Both the position numbers and the translations under genes were made by a program. A DNA stretch of 64,000 nucleotides from Squalus acanthias. Taxonomy: Eukaryota. Of the stretch, positions 1 through 12,074 are shown one piece after another. The notes under the pieces are model-generated. The model ran no database searches, was not told the DNA's origin, and was given only the letters and a program-made list of their open reading frames with translations. Each line of letters opens with the position of its first letter. Within the stretch, counting starts at the first letter, position 1. Where the stretch lies: contig CM059446.1 of NCBI GenBank assembly GCA_030390025.1, forward strand, positions 42,532,001 through 42,596,000, written 5' to 3'.

Positions 1-100
1 GGCAGAGGCGGGCAAGTAACGGAGGTGTAAATAAGCCATCTTGGTGATGGAACGTTTGGTTTGAAGCTCAACTCAGGGTTGAGCAGGATGCCAAGGCCGA
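1..100 (-). mobile_element. L2-like LINE fragment
   Basis: The reverse strand encodes LGILLNPELSF, resembling the L2 RT motif LGVxxDxxLSF. Short and degenerate. Confidence 0.45.
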
Positions 101-199
101 GTGTGTGTCCGGGGAGGGGGATGATTTGTGGCTTTGGTCTTGGCATATTACGCTGGAGGAAGTGGTTATTCACTCGTAACTTACTGGCAGATAAGCAGC

Positions 200-685
200 G
201 TAAAAGCATGGAGGCAGTCGAGGGATTTAAAGAAGTGGCAAGGACATGGCCTGCGCTTGAAGTTGGGTAAATTCAAAGCTAAGCTGCAGAAGCATTATTT
301 CAGTGAGCGAGTGTTAAATCTATGGAACAGGCTCCCTGGGGAGACAGTGTGAGCAGATAGTGCTGATTCACTGAAATGCAAATTAGATAAGACTTCTTTC
401 AGAAAATATTGTGGGATACAGCAAGAGTAATTTTAGACAGGACGTGTGGTAAGTGTAGCATCCCTGTGAGAAACAAGTGGCATTGGACCGATGCTTCCCA
501 AAGCTTTCCATCACCGGGGGGGGGCGCGGTCCTCGGCTCATGTCTGGGTCTTTTGTTGACTAATTGATCGAGAATGATTACCGTGATTGGTCACCAACTC
601 CATTATCATTGTATCATGCAACTACCAGGATGGTAGAAGGCAAACTCGATGGACCTTGGTCTTTATTCGTCTAGCAATTCCTACA
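200..685 (+). mobile_element. CR1-type LINE 3' fragment
   Basis: ORF 128-352 ends in GHGLRLK...KHYFSERVLNLWNRLPGETV, the typical CR1 ORF2 C-terminus, followed by 3'UTR-like sequence. Confidence 0.7.
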
Positions 686-1889
686 GCGAGAGGCACAGCT
701 AGATCTTAAATGGTCAGAACCGGTAGAAATGGCAACAAGCACCCCTTACTCAGCTAAGAATTTAACTGGGGTTTACGTCTTGCAATTAAGATACCACACC
801 TGGAGAATGGCTGCACATCCTAGTAATCAATTAAGGAAAAACCACCAACAAAGGTCAGACAACTGTGGGCCACGTTTCAAAGATCAGTCAAGAAACTAAA
901 CGTACACACTTCTGTCAGAATTTGAAGCTTGATGCTACCTTTAAATTTGACAACTAAGATGAGGTTCAAGGAGTCGAAATGCCCTCATCTTCCTCAGCCC
1001 AGGGGCAGGGGGAGAATAAGACCAGAGGAAAGCCTTTACACAATACATGCAAAGGGAAGAGTCAAGATGTTGACTTCTGATATGATATCAGGAATGTCTT
1101 AAAGTATGCGATATCTCATTTCCTCTGGCTTGATGTTTCTGGTAGACAGGGGATGGCTGAGGCATTTACCAGCTCACCCACATTATTTAAATTTTATAGC
1201 GCCTCTCAGACTCACATGACATGTAAGAGGAAAGAACCTACTAATTAGTCATTCAATACCAATGCTGTGACGTTAATGAAATGTGTCGTTAAACAATTGT
1301 GCAATAAATCAATAACTCATGTTAGAAATTAGTGCTCAACAATGGATCTGTGTAACATTCAGAATTGCCCCATGATGATGGGGGGGGGGGGGGGGGGGGG
1401 GGAATACCAACTCACCGACTCTACTTTTCACAGCCCTGTATGTTTAGTTTTTTTTATTAAATGCCTGTGTTGAATTTTCCTGCTCTCATTATAAAATGTT
1501 GTCCACTCGCCACCACCCAGCGGTCGCTGCAACTCTCCCGTCACATATAAAGCGACAGAAGAGTTTCCAGTTGTTTGGCCCTGTCACTGGTGAGCTCCCC
1601 AGTCTCTCCCCCTCGCCCACCACACAAAAAATAAAATCCTACCTGGCTCCCAAAATATCCTTCTTCGCAAGGCCAATTCCAGTGAAAATTTTCACTCTCA
1701 AAATTCGAGATCCTTCCTGCAAGGCACAAATACATCGGTCAGTGAACAGAAAGCTCAAGAATCAACAGCCAATACAATGGGGCTCACTGGCTTTGAATTT
1801 TATTTGGGGGGGGGGGAAGTCAGCAAGCCCCCCCCTGGTCCAAGGAATGCCAGCACCGACTGCCCTTGTTTGTGAGGCCTAAAGCTCTG

Positions 1890-2520
1890 GGAGGATGAGG
1901 GGCTGCTTCCCTCCTTTCCCCCGGCGGCAGTGGGCTGAGCTACAAGCTGTGGAGGAAAGGCCACTTGCCGGGTTCACTGGGGAGCCCGGCTCCTGTGGCC
2001 GCACCACCACCACCCAGCCCAGGGACAGCAGGAGCAGATTGTCTGGACGATTCTCTCCACTGGACGTGGAGAAAGTTACAACCAATTGGAGAAGAAAAAA
2101 ATTTGGGAGGAGGAGGGGGGGGGGGGTGTTTTTTAAAAATTAAAAAGGTAAACACAATCACTAGAAAATTACCTCATCGGTGGAGAGACCGCGGACTTCG
2201 GGAAACGCTGCCATCACCGTGCGGAGGAGAAGCAGCTGGAGGAGGTTCGGCGAATGTATTCAAAGGTTCGGCCGTGCTGCTTCAAGTCTTCTCTTTCGCC
2301 CCCCACACACACACCAACCAACCAAAAATAAAACTCGGATTTTCACTCGTACACCAGCCGTGCCGAGGAAACTTCCCGAGTGGGTCTCGCCGGGGCAGCC
2401 CAGCCAGTGGGAGAGGAAACACGGTGACATCAGCGGGCAAGCAGCCACTCGCCAACCTCCTGCACATCACATGGCGCACACATTGGCTACTCCAGGCTCC
2501 AGCATCAGCAAGAACAAAGT
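1890..2520 (-). promoter_or_regulatory. CpG-island-like promoter / 5' UTR of NEDD4
   Basis: GC and CpG content are clearly higher than in the AT-rich flanks and surround the ATG exon. CCAAT on the minus strand at 2482-2486. The TSS cannot be determined from sequence. Confidence 0.6.
2173..2214 (-). CDS. NEDD4: NEDD4 E3 ubiquitin ligase, first coding exon (MAAFPEVRGLSTDE); gene continues beyond position 1
   Basis: ATG at 2214-2212, 14 codons, then a phase-0 donor GAG|GTAATT (2172-2167). The peptide resembles human NEDD4 exon 1 (MATCAVEVFGLLEDE) as I recall it. It lies in a CpG-rich region downstream of RFX7 on the same strand, matching known RFX7-NEDD4 synteny. Confidence 0.8.
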
Positions 2521-2668
2521 GACACAAAACTAAGTTGCCTCTGCTCCAAAAGGCCACATTACTGTAACTTACAGTTAAAAAGGTCCATTGAGGAAAAAAA
2601 AAACTTAATTTTAAACACTGCCAATCTGGGGGGAAAAAAAAGTCTCAGAAGTAGACAGTAAATCAATC

Positions 2669-2931
2669 CGTTTCGTCTGTCTCTTCAACCTTGTTCATCT
2701 TCATTGCTTTCTGTTTCCCTTCTTGTGTTTGCCCCTTTGTTCTCTCCTCCCCTCCTCCCTGCCCCGGGCTTAAAAATCTCTCTTCTCTAACCTTTTCCAG
2801 TTCTGACGAAGGGTCCAGGACCCGAAACGTTGACCGTTTCTCCTCTCCTTGATGCTGCCTGACCTGCTGAGTGTTTCCAGCATTTTCTGTTGTTGTTTCA
2901 GATTTCCAGCATCCGCAGTATTTTGCTATTG
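2669..2931 (+). mobile_element. Penelope-like element 3' end (family B), single arm, with hammerhead motif
   Basis: Flanked by agtaaatcaatc (2657-2668) and agtgaatcaatc (2932-2943), a 12-bp TSD with 1 mismatch. Homologous to both arms of 51886-52319. A degenerate second copy follows at ~2985-3120. Confidence 0.7.
2798..2836 (+). ncRNA. Minimal type I hammerhead ribozyme motif
   Basis: CAGTT-CTGACGA-A-GGGTC-CAG-GACCC-GAA-ACGT-T-GACCG: catalytic core, 5-bp stem II, palindromic stem III and stem I. Confidence 0.65.
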
Positions 2932-3231
2932 AGTGAATCAATCAGCATCTGAAAAGATAACTTAGAAATTCTGGCTCTCAACTCTGGATTCTGATGAAGG
3001 ATCTGCATCTGAAGTATTAAACTTGGGTTCTGTCAAAGGATTCACACACAAAACTTTACAGTGTACCTTTTCAGATGCTGATGAATTCACTGTGTATCCC
3101 CAGTATTTTCTGTTTTTATTTTTTAATTTAAACTTGTGACATTGCTCACAGACAAAGGCAAAGTGCTTCTCTTCCCGTCACACTTTATATGCTTCTTTTC
3201 CACTCTGATTGTTTCTGTGTTTTTGTTTTTG

Positions 3232-3500
3232 TTCTCAGGATGTGGGTAATGCTGGCAAGGCCAGATATATTGTGCATCTCAAGTTGCCGAGTAGGTGGTG
3301 GCGGGCCTTTCCCTTGAACCACTGCAGTTCCTTGTGGCGATGCTGCTCCCACAATGGTGTTAGGTAGGGAATTCCAGAATGTTGATCCAGCAACAATGAA
3401 GGATGGATGATATATATCCAAATCAGCGGGTGATTTGGAGATGATGGTGTTCCCACAATATTGCTGCTTTCGTCTTTCTTGATGGTAGAGGTTGCAGTGG
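3232..3500 (-). mobile_element. CR1-clade LINE 3' fragment
   Basis: The minus strand encodes SFIVAGSTFWNSLPNTIV (xWNxLP motif). Its 3' end is shared with the SINE at 5840-6215 and the fragment at ~60080-60150. Confidence 0.6.
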
Positions 3501-3973
3501 AGGGAGGTCGTGTCCCTTCCTGTCTGTGTTCCAACCTTCCTTTCTCAGTTTGTGTAGCTGTCACATGCTTTTCTCATTGTGGTGTCTTCTGTGAGAAAAA
3601 TAGGAACTTTTGACTTTTGTTTTATACAATTTTAAATAGTTAGGGTAACTCTGTAATTAAAAGTGGGCAACAACCACCTGTATCTCTAGGACAACTTTAT
3701 GAAATTGCCTTTGCATTGTGTAAAAGTTAGGCTGTGGAGGATGAATTCACACAGCTGATTGCAAAGCCTTCATCACTGAGAATTTGATTAAAAACACTTT
3801 GGAATATTCAAATTGAGCCTTCTGGTAATTGAATTTATTAGAACATAATATTGTTTTGATCATTCGTATGGATGTATGCACTTTTAGATTGAGAGAGTAA
3901 TATTAGTAGATCTGGCGTTCCAATATCTGTGAATTAGTTGCTGGAAACATACAGCCATTTGTTCTCAAACTAG

Positions 3974-4052
3974 CTGATCAAGCAAGGATCCACTGATCAA
4001 GCAAGGATCCACTGATCAAGCAAGGATCCACTGATCAAGCAAGGATCCACTG
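3974..4052. repeat. Minisatellite, 19-bp unit CTGATCAAGCAAGGATCCA x4
   Basis: Four perfect tandem copies plus 3 nt, read directly. Confidence 0.95.
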
Positions 4053-5839
4053 TAAAGTGTAGCTTAGGATTGAGGTTTTTGTCAAGGGGGGGAAACACTA
4101 TTGTTGCTTTGATGTTCAATTTGATAGAGTTTTAAGGGCAATACAATCTTTCAAGAATCTTTAAAACCCAAGAATGTCCTAGGGTTTCTGTTCATTGCAG
4201 CCATTATATGTACAGAAGGTGGATAGAGGTATGTAAACAGTGCACCACCAAAGAAGTGTCTTTGAGAGTTCACCAGAAGAAAAAGTGACACTTTTAAACA
4301 GCCAACACAGTTGCATGTAGTGTCTATTACTGATTGTGCTGTATGGTATCCTGCTTATGATTTTTTCTTGTCAATATTTAATTTTTTTTGCTTGTTAATT
4401 TCTAAAGCTATTGTACATTTTCAATACATGCGTTTATGGGGTGAGTACATTGATGCATTTAGCTTTCTGGGCATGGCTGTGCCCTTGGAGCAGTGTGGGT
4501 TTGGGGTTGGGGATTGAGAAAGCGTTTTTAGTCCTGGTCCCTGGGAATCAGGTGAGTGTGTCGGTGGGGGGAACATGGAGGGATATGCCCTGCCTACAGC
4601 AATAATCTCAGTGGTTGGGGTCATTGACCGTCAGTGGGTGGGTCTTTGTACTCGGCTGGGGGGAGGGTCGCACATGAGCCTCCAAAAATAGGCACCAGGC
4701 TGCTTGGTATTTCTCTAGTTTCAGGTGGAAGCCAAACGTCACTCATTCTAATTTAAATATAACCTACATGTGCTTCAGCCACTTGTTTGTTGTGGGAAGC
4801 GCTAGATTCCATGACAGTAGGGGGATGCAATTCATCTTCTAGCAGCTGGTAGCAAAGTCTGTGTTAATCGGCTTGTTGTGGAAGCGCTCATTGTCCAGCA
4901 GAGAAGCCAACAAACATTGGACTAAGCCCTCTAGCATTGCAAGGTCAGTCATGATTTGTGTTGTCTCCTCTATCACCATCCAAAATGACTGAAATTGGAG
5001 TATTACCTGGACACATGTTGGAGGGTCCCCTTCTGACCCTCGTCCCTCAGCAGTTGTCTGGTATAGATGAGTGAACTTGTGATGTTTGGGCAGAAAGTGG
5101 CTGATCAGGATTAAGTTTGGGGGAGGATAGGGACCCTAGACACGTGAACGTGGGCCTACACATTAGGAGTAAAAACAAGACCAAAATAACAGAGGGTGAG
5201 AAGTGTGACTGGGGAAACCAGACTCTCAAAATAGCAAATGGACATATCAGTTGTTCAATAAACTTAAATTATCTAATAAACAACCCCGAATATTGGGATG
5301 TCTTGAAAGGTGTTATATAAATGCAAGTTCGTTCTTTCTTTCTTCTAATAGCTAGCTTTCCTTTCTGTCATGTTACCTCACAACAGTTCATACTTTACAC
5401 TGTATTCATTTTACATACCAAAAAAAACAAATTTATTTTTACCGTCAGACCCCCAAAATTGTGTTCTGTCCTTGTATTGTCAAGAAAGGATTGTGGGAAG
5501 TGAGGAAGTAAGGTTTACCAACAGCAAATTCTGGTATGCTCCGTGAATGGCCCATCTTGCTGTCAGCCATCGAAATTTCTAGAATTCCAAAAAAAAATTA
5601 CAACAGAGATCCAGGCCTGCAGATTCAAAGTTAAAAATCAAACCAGATTATTATTTCAGAGAGTAGTTGAGATTTCCTGGTGAGTGGATTGAGTATGTCT
5701 GGAACAGAATATGAAAACTTGACTGCATGAACAAACAAAAAACCACACCTATTTTCTAAAAACACAGAAAAAACCAACTACCATACAGGTTTCAGGGCAC
5801 TTCCATCAATGGAGTGGAAGGGACAGAGCTTTTTTGTAT

Positions 5840-6215
5840 TTTCATTCTTGGGATGTGAGCATTGCTGGTAAGGCCGACATTTATTGCCTATGCCTAGTTG
5901 CCGGATAAGGTGATGGTGGCCTTCTTAACCGCTGCAGTCCATATGATATTCTTTGTAACGGTTTGATGCAACTGAGTGACTCCAGAGAGCAGTTAAGAAT
6001 CAATCACGTTGGCATGGGAGTCACAGAGGCCAGCAGGCTTCCTTCACTACAGGACATTAATGAACCAGTTGGGCTTTTACAACAATACAACTTTTACTGT
6101 TATCAGTATTTTAATTTCTTCTTAAACTGAATTAAAATTCTCAATCACACATTCTCTGCATAATTAGTCCAGTCCTCTGGGTTACTAGTCTGATAACATA
6201 ACGACTACACTACCT
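5840..6215 (-). mobile_element. tRNA-derived SINE (HE1-like)
   Basis: The minus-strand head GTAGTGTAGTCGTTATGTTATCAGACTAGTAACCCAGAG is tRNA-like, and the tail matches the LINE 3' end at 3232-3330. Confidence 0.55.
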
Positions 6216-6657
6216 ACCATACTGTATTACAAACAGCTAGGCCAGGCATGCTCTGATTGTTCCTTAGATTCGGGAGGGTAGTTCCTTAATTACATTGTGG
6301 AGTCAAAGTTAAGGGAGAGAGACTTTCCATGATTGATATGGGCAGCAATTAATCAGGAAGAACTGAAACATTTACAGATAAACAGCCAGCAAAGACCTGC
6401 TGAATAATTCAAGCTCAATCAATGTTGAGTGTCTAGCCCACAATGCAGGAATATGGTTTCTGGAGCTTTACAATACCAAAAAGGTAATTTTATGAGTAAG
6501 AATAATATGGATTTCTTGTTAATTATTACTTTTATCTATAAATTTCAGTTGAGGTAAAAAATACAAGATGGTGACTCAGATTAATCACACCATTTTTGGA
6601 ATGATTTGCTCGGTTCAGATTCTCCTGCCTTTTATTTAAAGGTTTTCCTCACTGCTG

Positions 6658-8185
6658 ATAAGAACATAAGAAATAGGAGCAGGAGTAGGCCATTTGGCCC
6701 CTCGAGCCTGCTCCGCCATTTAATGAGATCATGGCTGATCTGATCTTGGGCTCAGCTCCATTTCCCTGCCCGCTCCCATAACCCTTCACTCCCTTATTGT
6801 TCAAAAATCTGTCTATCTCCACCTTAAATATATTCAATGACCCAGCCTCCACAGCTCTCTGGGGCAGAAAATTCCACAGATTTACGACCCTCAGAGAAGA
6901 AATTCCTCCTCATCTCAGTTTTAAATGAGCGACCCCTTATTCTGAAACTATGCCCCCTAGTTCTAGATTCCCCCATGAGGGGAACCATCTTCTCTGCATC
7001 TACCTTGTCGAGCCCCCTCATTATCTTATATGTTTCAATAAGATCACCTCTCATTCTTCTAAACTCCAATGAGTATAGGCTCAACCTTTCTTCATAAGTC
7101 AACCCCTTCATCTGAGGAATCAACCTCATGAACCTTCTCTGAACTGCCTCCAATGCAAGTATATCCCTCCTTAAATAAGGAGACCAAAACTGTACGTAGT
7201 ACTCCAGGTGTGGTCTCACCAATACTCTGTACAGTTGTAGCAGGACTTTCCTGCTTTTATACTCCAACCCCTTTGCAATAAAGGCCAACATTCCATTTGC
7301 CTTCCTGATTACTTGCTGTACCTGCATGCTAACTTTTTGTGTTTCATGCACAAGGACCCCCCAGGTCCCTCTGTACTGCAGCATTTTGTAATCTCTCTCC
7401 ATTTAAATAATGATGCGGAGATGCCGGTGTTGGACTGGGGTGGACAAAAATGAGAAGTCGCACAACACCAGGTTACAGTCCAACAGTTTTATTTAAAATT
7501 ACGAGCTTTCGGAGCTGCTGCCCCTTCGTCAGGTTTTACCTGACGAAGGGGCAGCAGCTCCGAAAGCTCGTAATTTTAAATAAAACTGTTGGACTATAAC
7601 CTGGTGTTGTGCGACTTCTCATTTAAATAATAATTTGCATTTTTATTTTTCCTACCAAAGTGGATAACCTCACATTTTCCCACATTATACTCCATCTGCC
7701 AAATGTTTGCCCACTCACTTAGCCTGTCTCTTTCACTTTGCAGATTCTTTGTGTCCTCTTCACACTTGCTTTCTCACCTATCTTTGTATCATCAGCAAAT
7801 TTGGCTACATTACACTCGGTCCCTTCATCCAAGTCATTAATATAGATTGTAAATAGTTGAGGCCCCAGCACTGATCCCTATGGCACCCCACTAGTTACCG
7901 TTTGCCAACCGGAAAATGACCCATTTATCCCGACTCTCTGTTTTCTGTTAGTTAGCCAATCCTCTATTCATGCTAATATATTACCCCCAACCCCGTGAGC
8001 TCTTATCTTGTGTAGTAACCTTTTATGTGACACCTTATCGAATGCCTTCTGGAAATCCAAATACACCACATCCACTGGTTCCCCTTTATCCACCCTGCTC
8101 GTTACATCCTCAAAGAACTCCAGCAAATTTGTCAAACATGATTTCCCTTTCATAAAACCATGCCGACTCTGCTTGATTGTATTAG
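6658..8185 (-). mobile_element. CR1 LINE, 5'-truncated, interrupted by a fold-back insertion
   Basis: ORFs encode GKSCLTNLLEFFEDVT...YLDFQKAFDKV and LYRVLVRPHLEY...RRMRGDLIETYKI. (TTCTTATG)-type tail at ~6658. Confidence 0.9.
7410..7624. mobile_element. Penelope-like fold-back insertion (family A, copy 1)
   Basis: Arms 7451-7534 and 7538-7621 are inverted copies (1 mismatch, TTT spacer). One arm has a ~40-nt extra tail. TSD catttaaataat at 7400-7411 and 7620-7631. Hammerhead motif at 7536-7573. Confidence 0.8.
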
Positions 8186-9856
8186 GATTGTTGATTCATT
8201 ACTTTCCGACATGCTTAGTGGTTCCTCTTTGGTGGTAATCAAGCAGCTTTGCTGAATTTTGATCTGTGCAAATGGTTCATGTTGAGTTGTGGTTTGTTGC
8301 TGTTTTTATGAATGTGGAATTTGAGTCAATAAGAAAGTGAGACACCCGAAAGTATCACCAGAAGTACTAAACAGGAAGTGTGATAGACAGGGACAGACAG
8401 AGAGACTGATAGAAATAGTCTCAGTTGTGCTGTTGTTGGGAAGCATCGAGTAGAAATCAAACGTCTCTTTGCAAAAGGGCTGGAGGAAATTAGAATGAGG
8501 AGATTCTACCTTTGATAGCCCGAATAGAGACTTACTCATTCTGCCTTCTTGGAGAAGTTATACGTTCAGGAACAAGGAAAGTGAATTTTTTTTTTAAATA
8601 AGGGTGTAGTCCTTCAAAAATTAAGAACATTTCCCTTTTCTAATGGGCCATTCACCATACTCCAGCCAAGGGGCTGGGCAGCCATCTTGCTTGTAAGCAA
8701 TATGAAGTGAAAGGGAGACTTTTCCATCAATTTTATTTCCCTCCTTATGGGGAGCATTTTAGCCTCCTTGGCCAGTGTTCAGATTGAACTGGTTGGAAAA
8801 CATAAGCAACCAATACTAATTAATTTGCCTGTGAAAAAATTATCTAATGGGCGTCATGACAGGACACAAAATATAAGTCAGCAATTTATTTCCAAACTGG
8901 TTTGAGCAAAATACAGATTTTCGTGGTTGATGTGTATAATGGTGTTCGGTCACAGAGACATTTTGTAGCACTCTACAACACTGATTTTATGAAATCATGA
9001 TCGTTTCCCAAAATGTACTCCTGACGGGCAAGGCTTCCTGCTGGGAGGATAATTTTGTAAAATTGATCCTTACCTGTTCAGCTTTAAGAAGTTCCATTTC
9101 TTGCTGTTGTGGTGATTTTTTTTGAACTTCCTATATGGAGAATCTAGCATTTCACTTCTGCCTCTTTAATCATCTGGGTTCTTTTGTCAGTGCTCTTCCA
9201 TGTTTTAGTCATCTTCATTGACTCACATTGAGGTGGTACCATTGATTTACCTGCAACTGACAATCTGCAGAGAAACAATTACCCTCTCGTTGACCTCAGA
9301 GTGTGCCTAACAGGAAGGAGCATGTTATTGACCTATTTACAGCAATTGGACTGTGATCTTAAAGCAGCAGTCTAAGTTACACAGAGCTTTACCTTAGCAG
9401 CAGAAACTATTAAATGGACAATGCTCCTGTCCTTACAAAACAGCATATTATCCAATTTAGCATGAGCAATAACATGGGGGAGATACATTAATATTTGTTG
9501 AAAATAATTAACTGTTTTCTCGTGAGCTATGCCTATTAGCATCTCAAAAATCAGCATTTTTATATACGAAGGGAATTTGCAAAAGGCATAGGAAAATCAT
9601 TTTTTGACTGTCTATTTAATAAAACCATCAATAAAATGGTTAAAACAGGGGCAGAAAAGTTTTGCATTTGTTTCAAATGCTTCCTTTTCGTTAGGGGTAG
9701 TTCATTTTTTGAAGTGATTCCCATAATTGTATACTCCCATAGCTGCATGGTATTCTCTGCATATCATAGTACATTGGATTCCTATCCTCTTTCCCAGTAT
9801 CGCTGTTCCTCTTCTTCCTTCCAGTGTCATGTGTTACATTTTGTACTCTCAACACC

Positions 9857-10553
9857 TCTCTTCTCTTAGGCAGTCCCTCAGAACCGAGGATGACTTGCTT
9901 CCACACTAAAAATGAGTTCTCAGGTGACTGATGAGTCCAATGCGGGACCTACAGTCTCTGTCACAGGTGGGGCAGACGGTGGTTGATGGGGCAGGTGGGT
10001 GGGGTGCCTGGGTTGACGTGCGCTCCTTTCGCTGTTTGCGCTTGGCTTCCGCTTGCTCCCGGTGAAGAGACTCGAGCAATTGGACTGTGATCTTAAAGCA
10101 GCAGTCTAAGTGCCTTCCCGGATGCTTCTCCTCCACTTTGTGCGGTCTTGGGCCAGGGATTCCCAGGTGTCGCTGGGGATGTTGCATTTTTTCAAGGAGG
10201 CTTTGAGGGTGTCCTTGAAGCGTTTCCTCTGCCCACCTGGGGCTCTCTTGGCATGTCGGAGCTCCGAGTAGAGCGCTTGTTTTGGAGAGTCTCGTATCGG
10301 GCATGCGGACGATGTGACCCATCCATCGGAGCTGATCGAGCGTGGTCAAAGCTTCGATGCCGGCCTGAGCGAGAACACTGATGTTGGTGTGCCTATCCTG
10401 CCAATGGATTTGCAGGATCTTGCGGAGGCAGCGTTGGTGGTACCTCTCCAGTGCTTTGAGGTGCCTGCTGTACATGGTCCATGTCTCTGAAGCATACAGG
10501 ACGGCAGGTATCACTACTGCAACACCATTCAACCTTTTGCTGCAGACCATCAT
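9857..10553 (-). mobile_element. RTE-clade LINE 3' fragment
   Basis: ORF 9906-10571 encodes AVVIPAVLYASETW...LERYHQRCLRKIL...QLRWMGHIVRM and ends in CPTCDRDCRSRIGLISHLRTH. Frameshifted, with an (AAGAG)-like tail. Confidence 0.85.
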
Positions 10554-11221
10554 GTCATCGCTGTAATCCATTCACTGGGTCACAACAGCTCTTTCTTTTT
10601 TGCACCAATTTTATCTAATCAAGGTAAGCCAGAGTATATTGGATATATTATAAAAAGCATAGCATGATTGGGCGATTTGTTACTAATGTGTGCCTGTTGG
10701 TATTCAACTTGGACCCCAAGATCATTTTAGGACTGCATACAACCTACCATTATTTTATATTTAGTTAATATGCTATTTCTGTCCACGTTAATAGATTTAG
10801 GAAAGAATACTAGAGGAAAAAAGCATCCATTCTTTGCAAGGAATCAGTATACAAGCGTAGACTACAACATTTCGTTGGGTTTGAATTATACTTTGATAAA
10901 AATAGGTCTCATTTGGTTACTATTTCAATACATCTGGGACTGTTCATTTGCATTATAATCCAACAGAATTTAAAATCTGCTGGCAGAACTGCCATGGAAT
11001 GCTGTACCAACCTGCTGTGGAATGGTAGAATGTTGGTGATTTGTTGCAAAACGACTGCTGGTCAGTTCAGTGGGAATGAAGTAACTGAGCCGGAGCTAAG
11101 TAGTTCTCTACATCAGTGTGAGGAAGAGGAGATAGAAAGCAGTGCTGCCCATACATTCTCAAGCTGTTCTTTTCAGCCAATATCGGCAGAGCAAGTTGCT
11201 TTTCTGCCTTACTTGAGGAAT

Positions 11222-11522
11222 AAAAGTGAGAAGTCGCACAACACCAGGTTATAGTCCAACAGTTTTATTTGAAATCACAAGCTTTCGGAGCGGCTGCTCC
11301 TTCGTCAGGTGATGGATGCTTTTTTCCTCTAGTATTCTTTCCTAAATCTATTAACGTGGACAGAAATAGCATATTAACTAAATATAAAATAATTCTTCAC
11401 CTGACGAAGGAGCAGCTGCTCCGAAAGCTCGTGATTTCAAATAAAACTGTTGGACTATAACCTGGTGTTGTGCGACTTCTCACTTTTGTCCACCCCAGTC
11501 CAACACCGGCATCTCCGCATCA
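11222..11522. mobile_element. Penelope-like fold-back insertion (family A, copy 2) with captured local DNA
   Basis: TSD ttacttgaggaat at 11209-11221 and 11523-11535. Inverted arms carry hammerhead motifs at 11275-11312 (-) and 11397-11434 (+). The 82-bp spacer is the reverse complement of 10749-10830. Confidence 0.85.
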
Positions 11523-12074
11523 TTACTTGAGGAATGGAAGGGACTAAGCAATGGAGAAAAATACATTTTAGAAATGATAATACTAAAAAGAAAAAAAATC
11601 ATGGAGGTACATTGTGTTGCAAAAGCCATTTCTTGACACTTCTAATGCGCTTCCAATTACTATTGTCACATTTTAGTGATGCTCACAGAAGAACTTTTCC
11701 TGAGCCAGAGATATGGCATTGAATGTTCAAGTGTGACCGCTGCCGTTAGCAATTGGAGAGTGGGGAATGAGATTTTTTAATGATATTTCTGGCTCAGGTG
11801 ACATTGCTGACTTGGAGCTGGTCACTGCACGTGTACATTTGACTTACTTCATTCCACGAGTGGGAGTGTGGAATCAGTAAAAATGATGTATGACAATGTA
11901 GAAATTGCAGAGAGGAGTAGCTTTTATACCCCATTTGCAGTGACAAACAATGGGACATTTAACAAACTAATAATTTCCCAATTGGATTCTGGTCATTAAA
12001 AGAGGTGGCCTCTAACCCAGGTCAATGCGGAGACGGGTGGATTCCAGTTCATATAAACCGAAAAGTTATGCCTA

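Noticed and set aside
1381-1402. Long poly-G runs (also ~12804-12836, ~27413-27440, ~55845-55864) as G-quadruplex elements
   Set aside because: Homopolymers of uncertain length that recur without positional pattern; no evidence of function.
1879-2557. Several overlapping ORFs of 62-185 aa
   Set aside because: These are a by-product of the GC-rich promoter and match no recognisable protein. Only the 42-nt spliced exon is supported.
3974-4052. CRISPR-like repeat array
   Set aside because: The units are contiguous with no spacers, the context is eukaryotic, and there are no cas genes.
9928-9953. CTGATGA-GTCC...GGAC, resembling a hammerhead half-core in the RTE
   Set aside because: It is followed by CTAC rather than GAAA, and is simply antisense of the SRIGLISH coding sequence.
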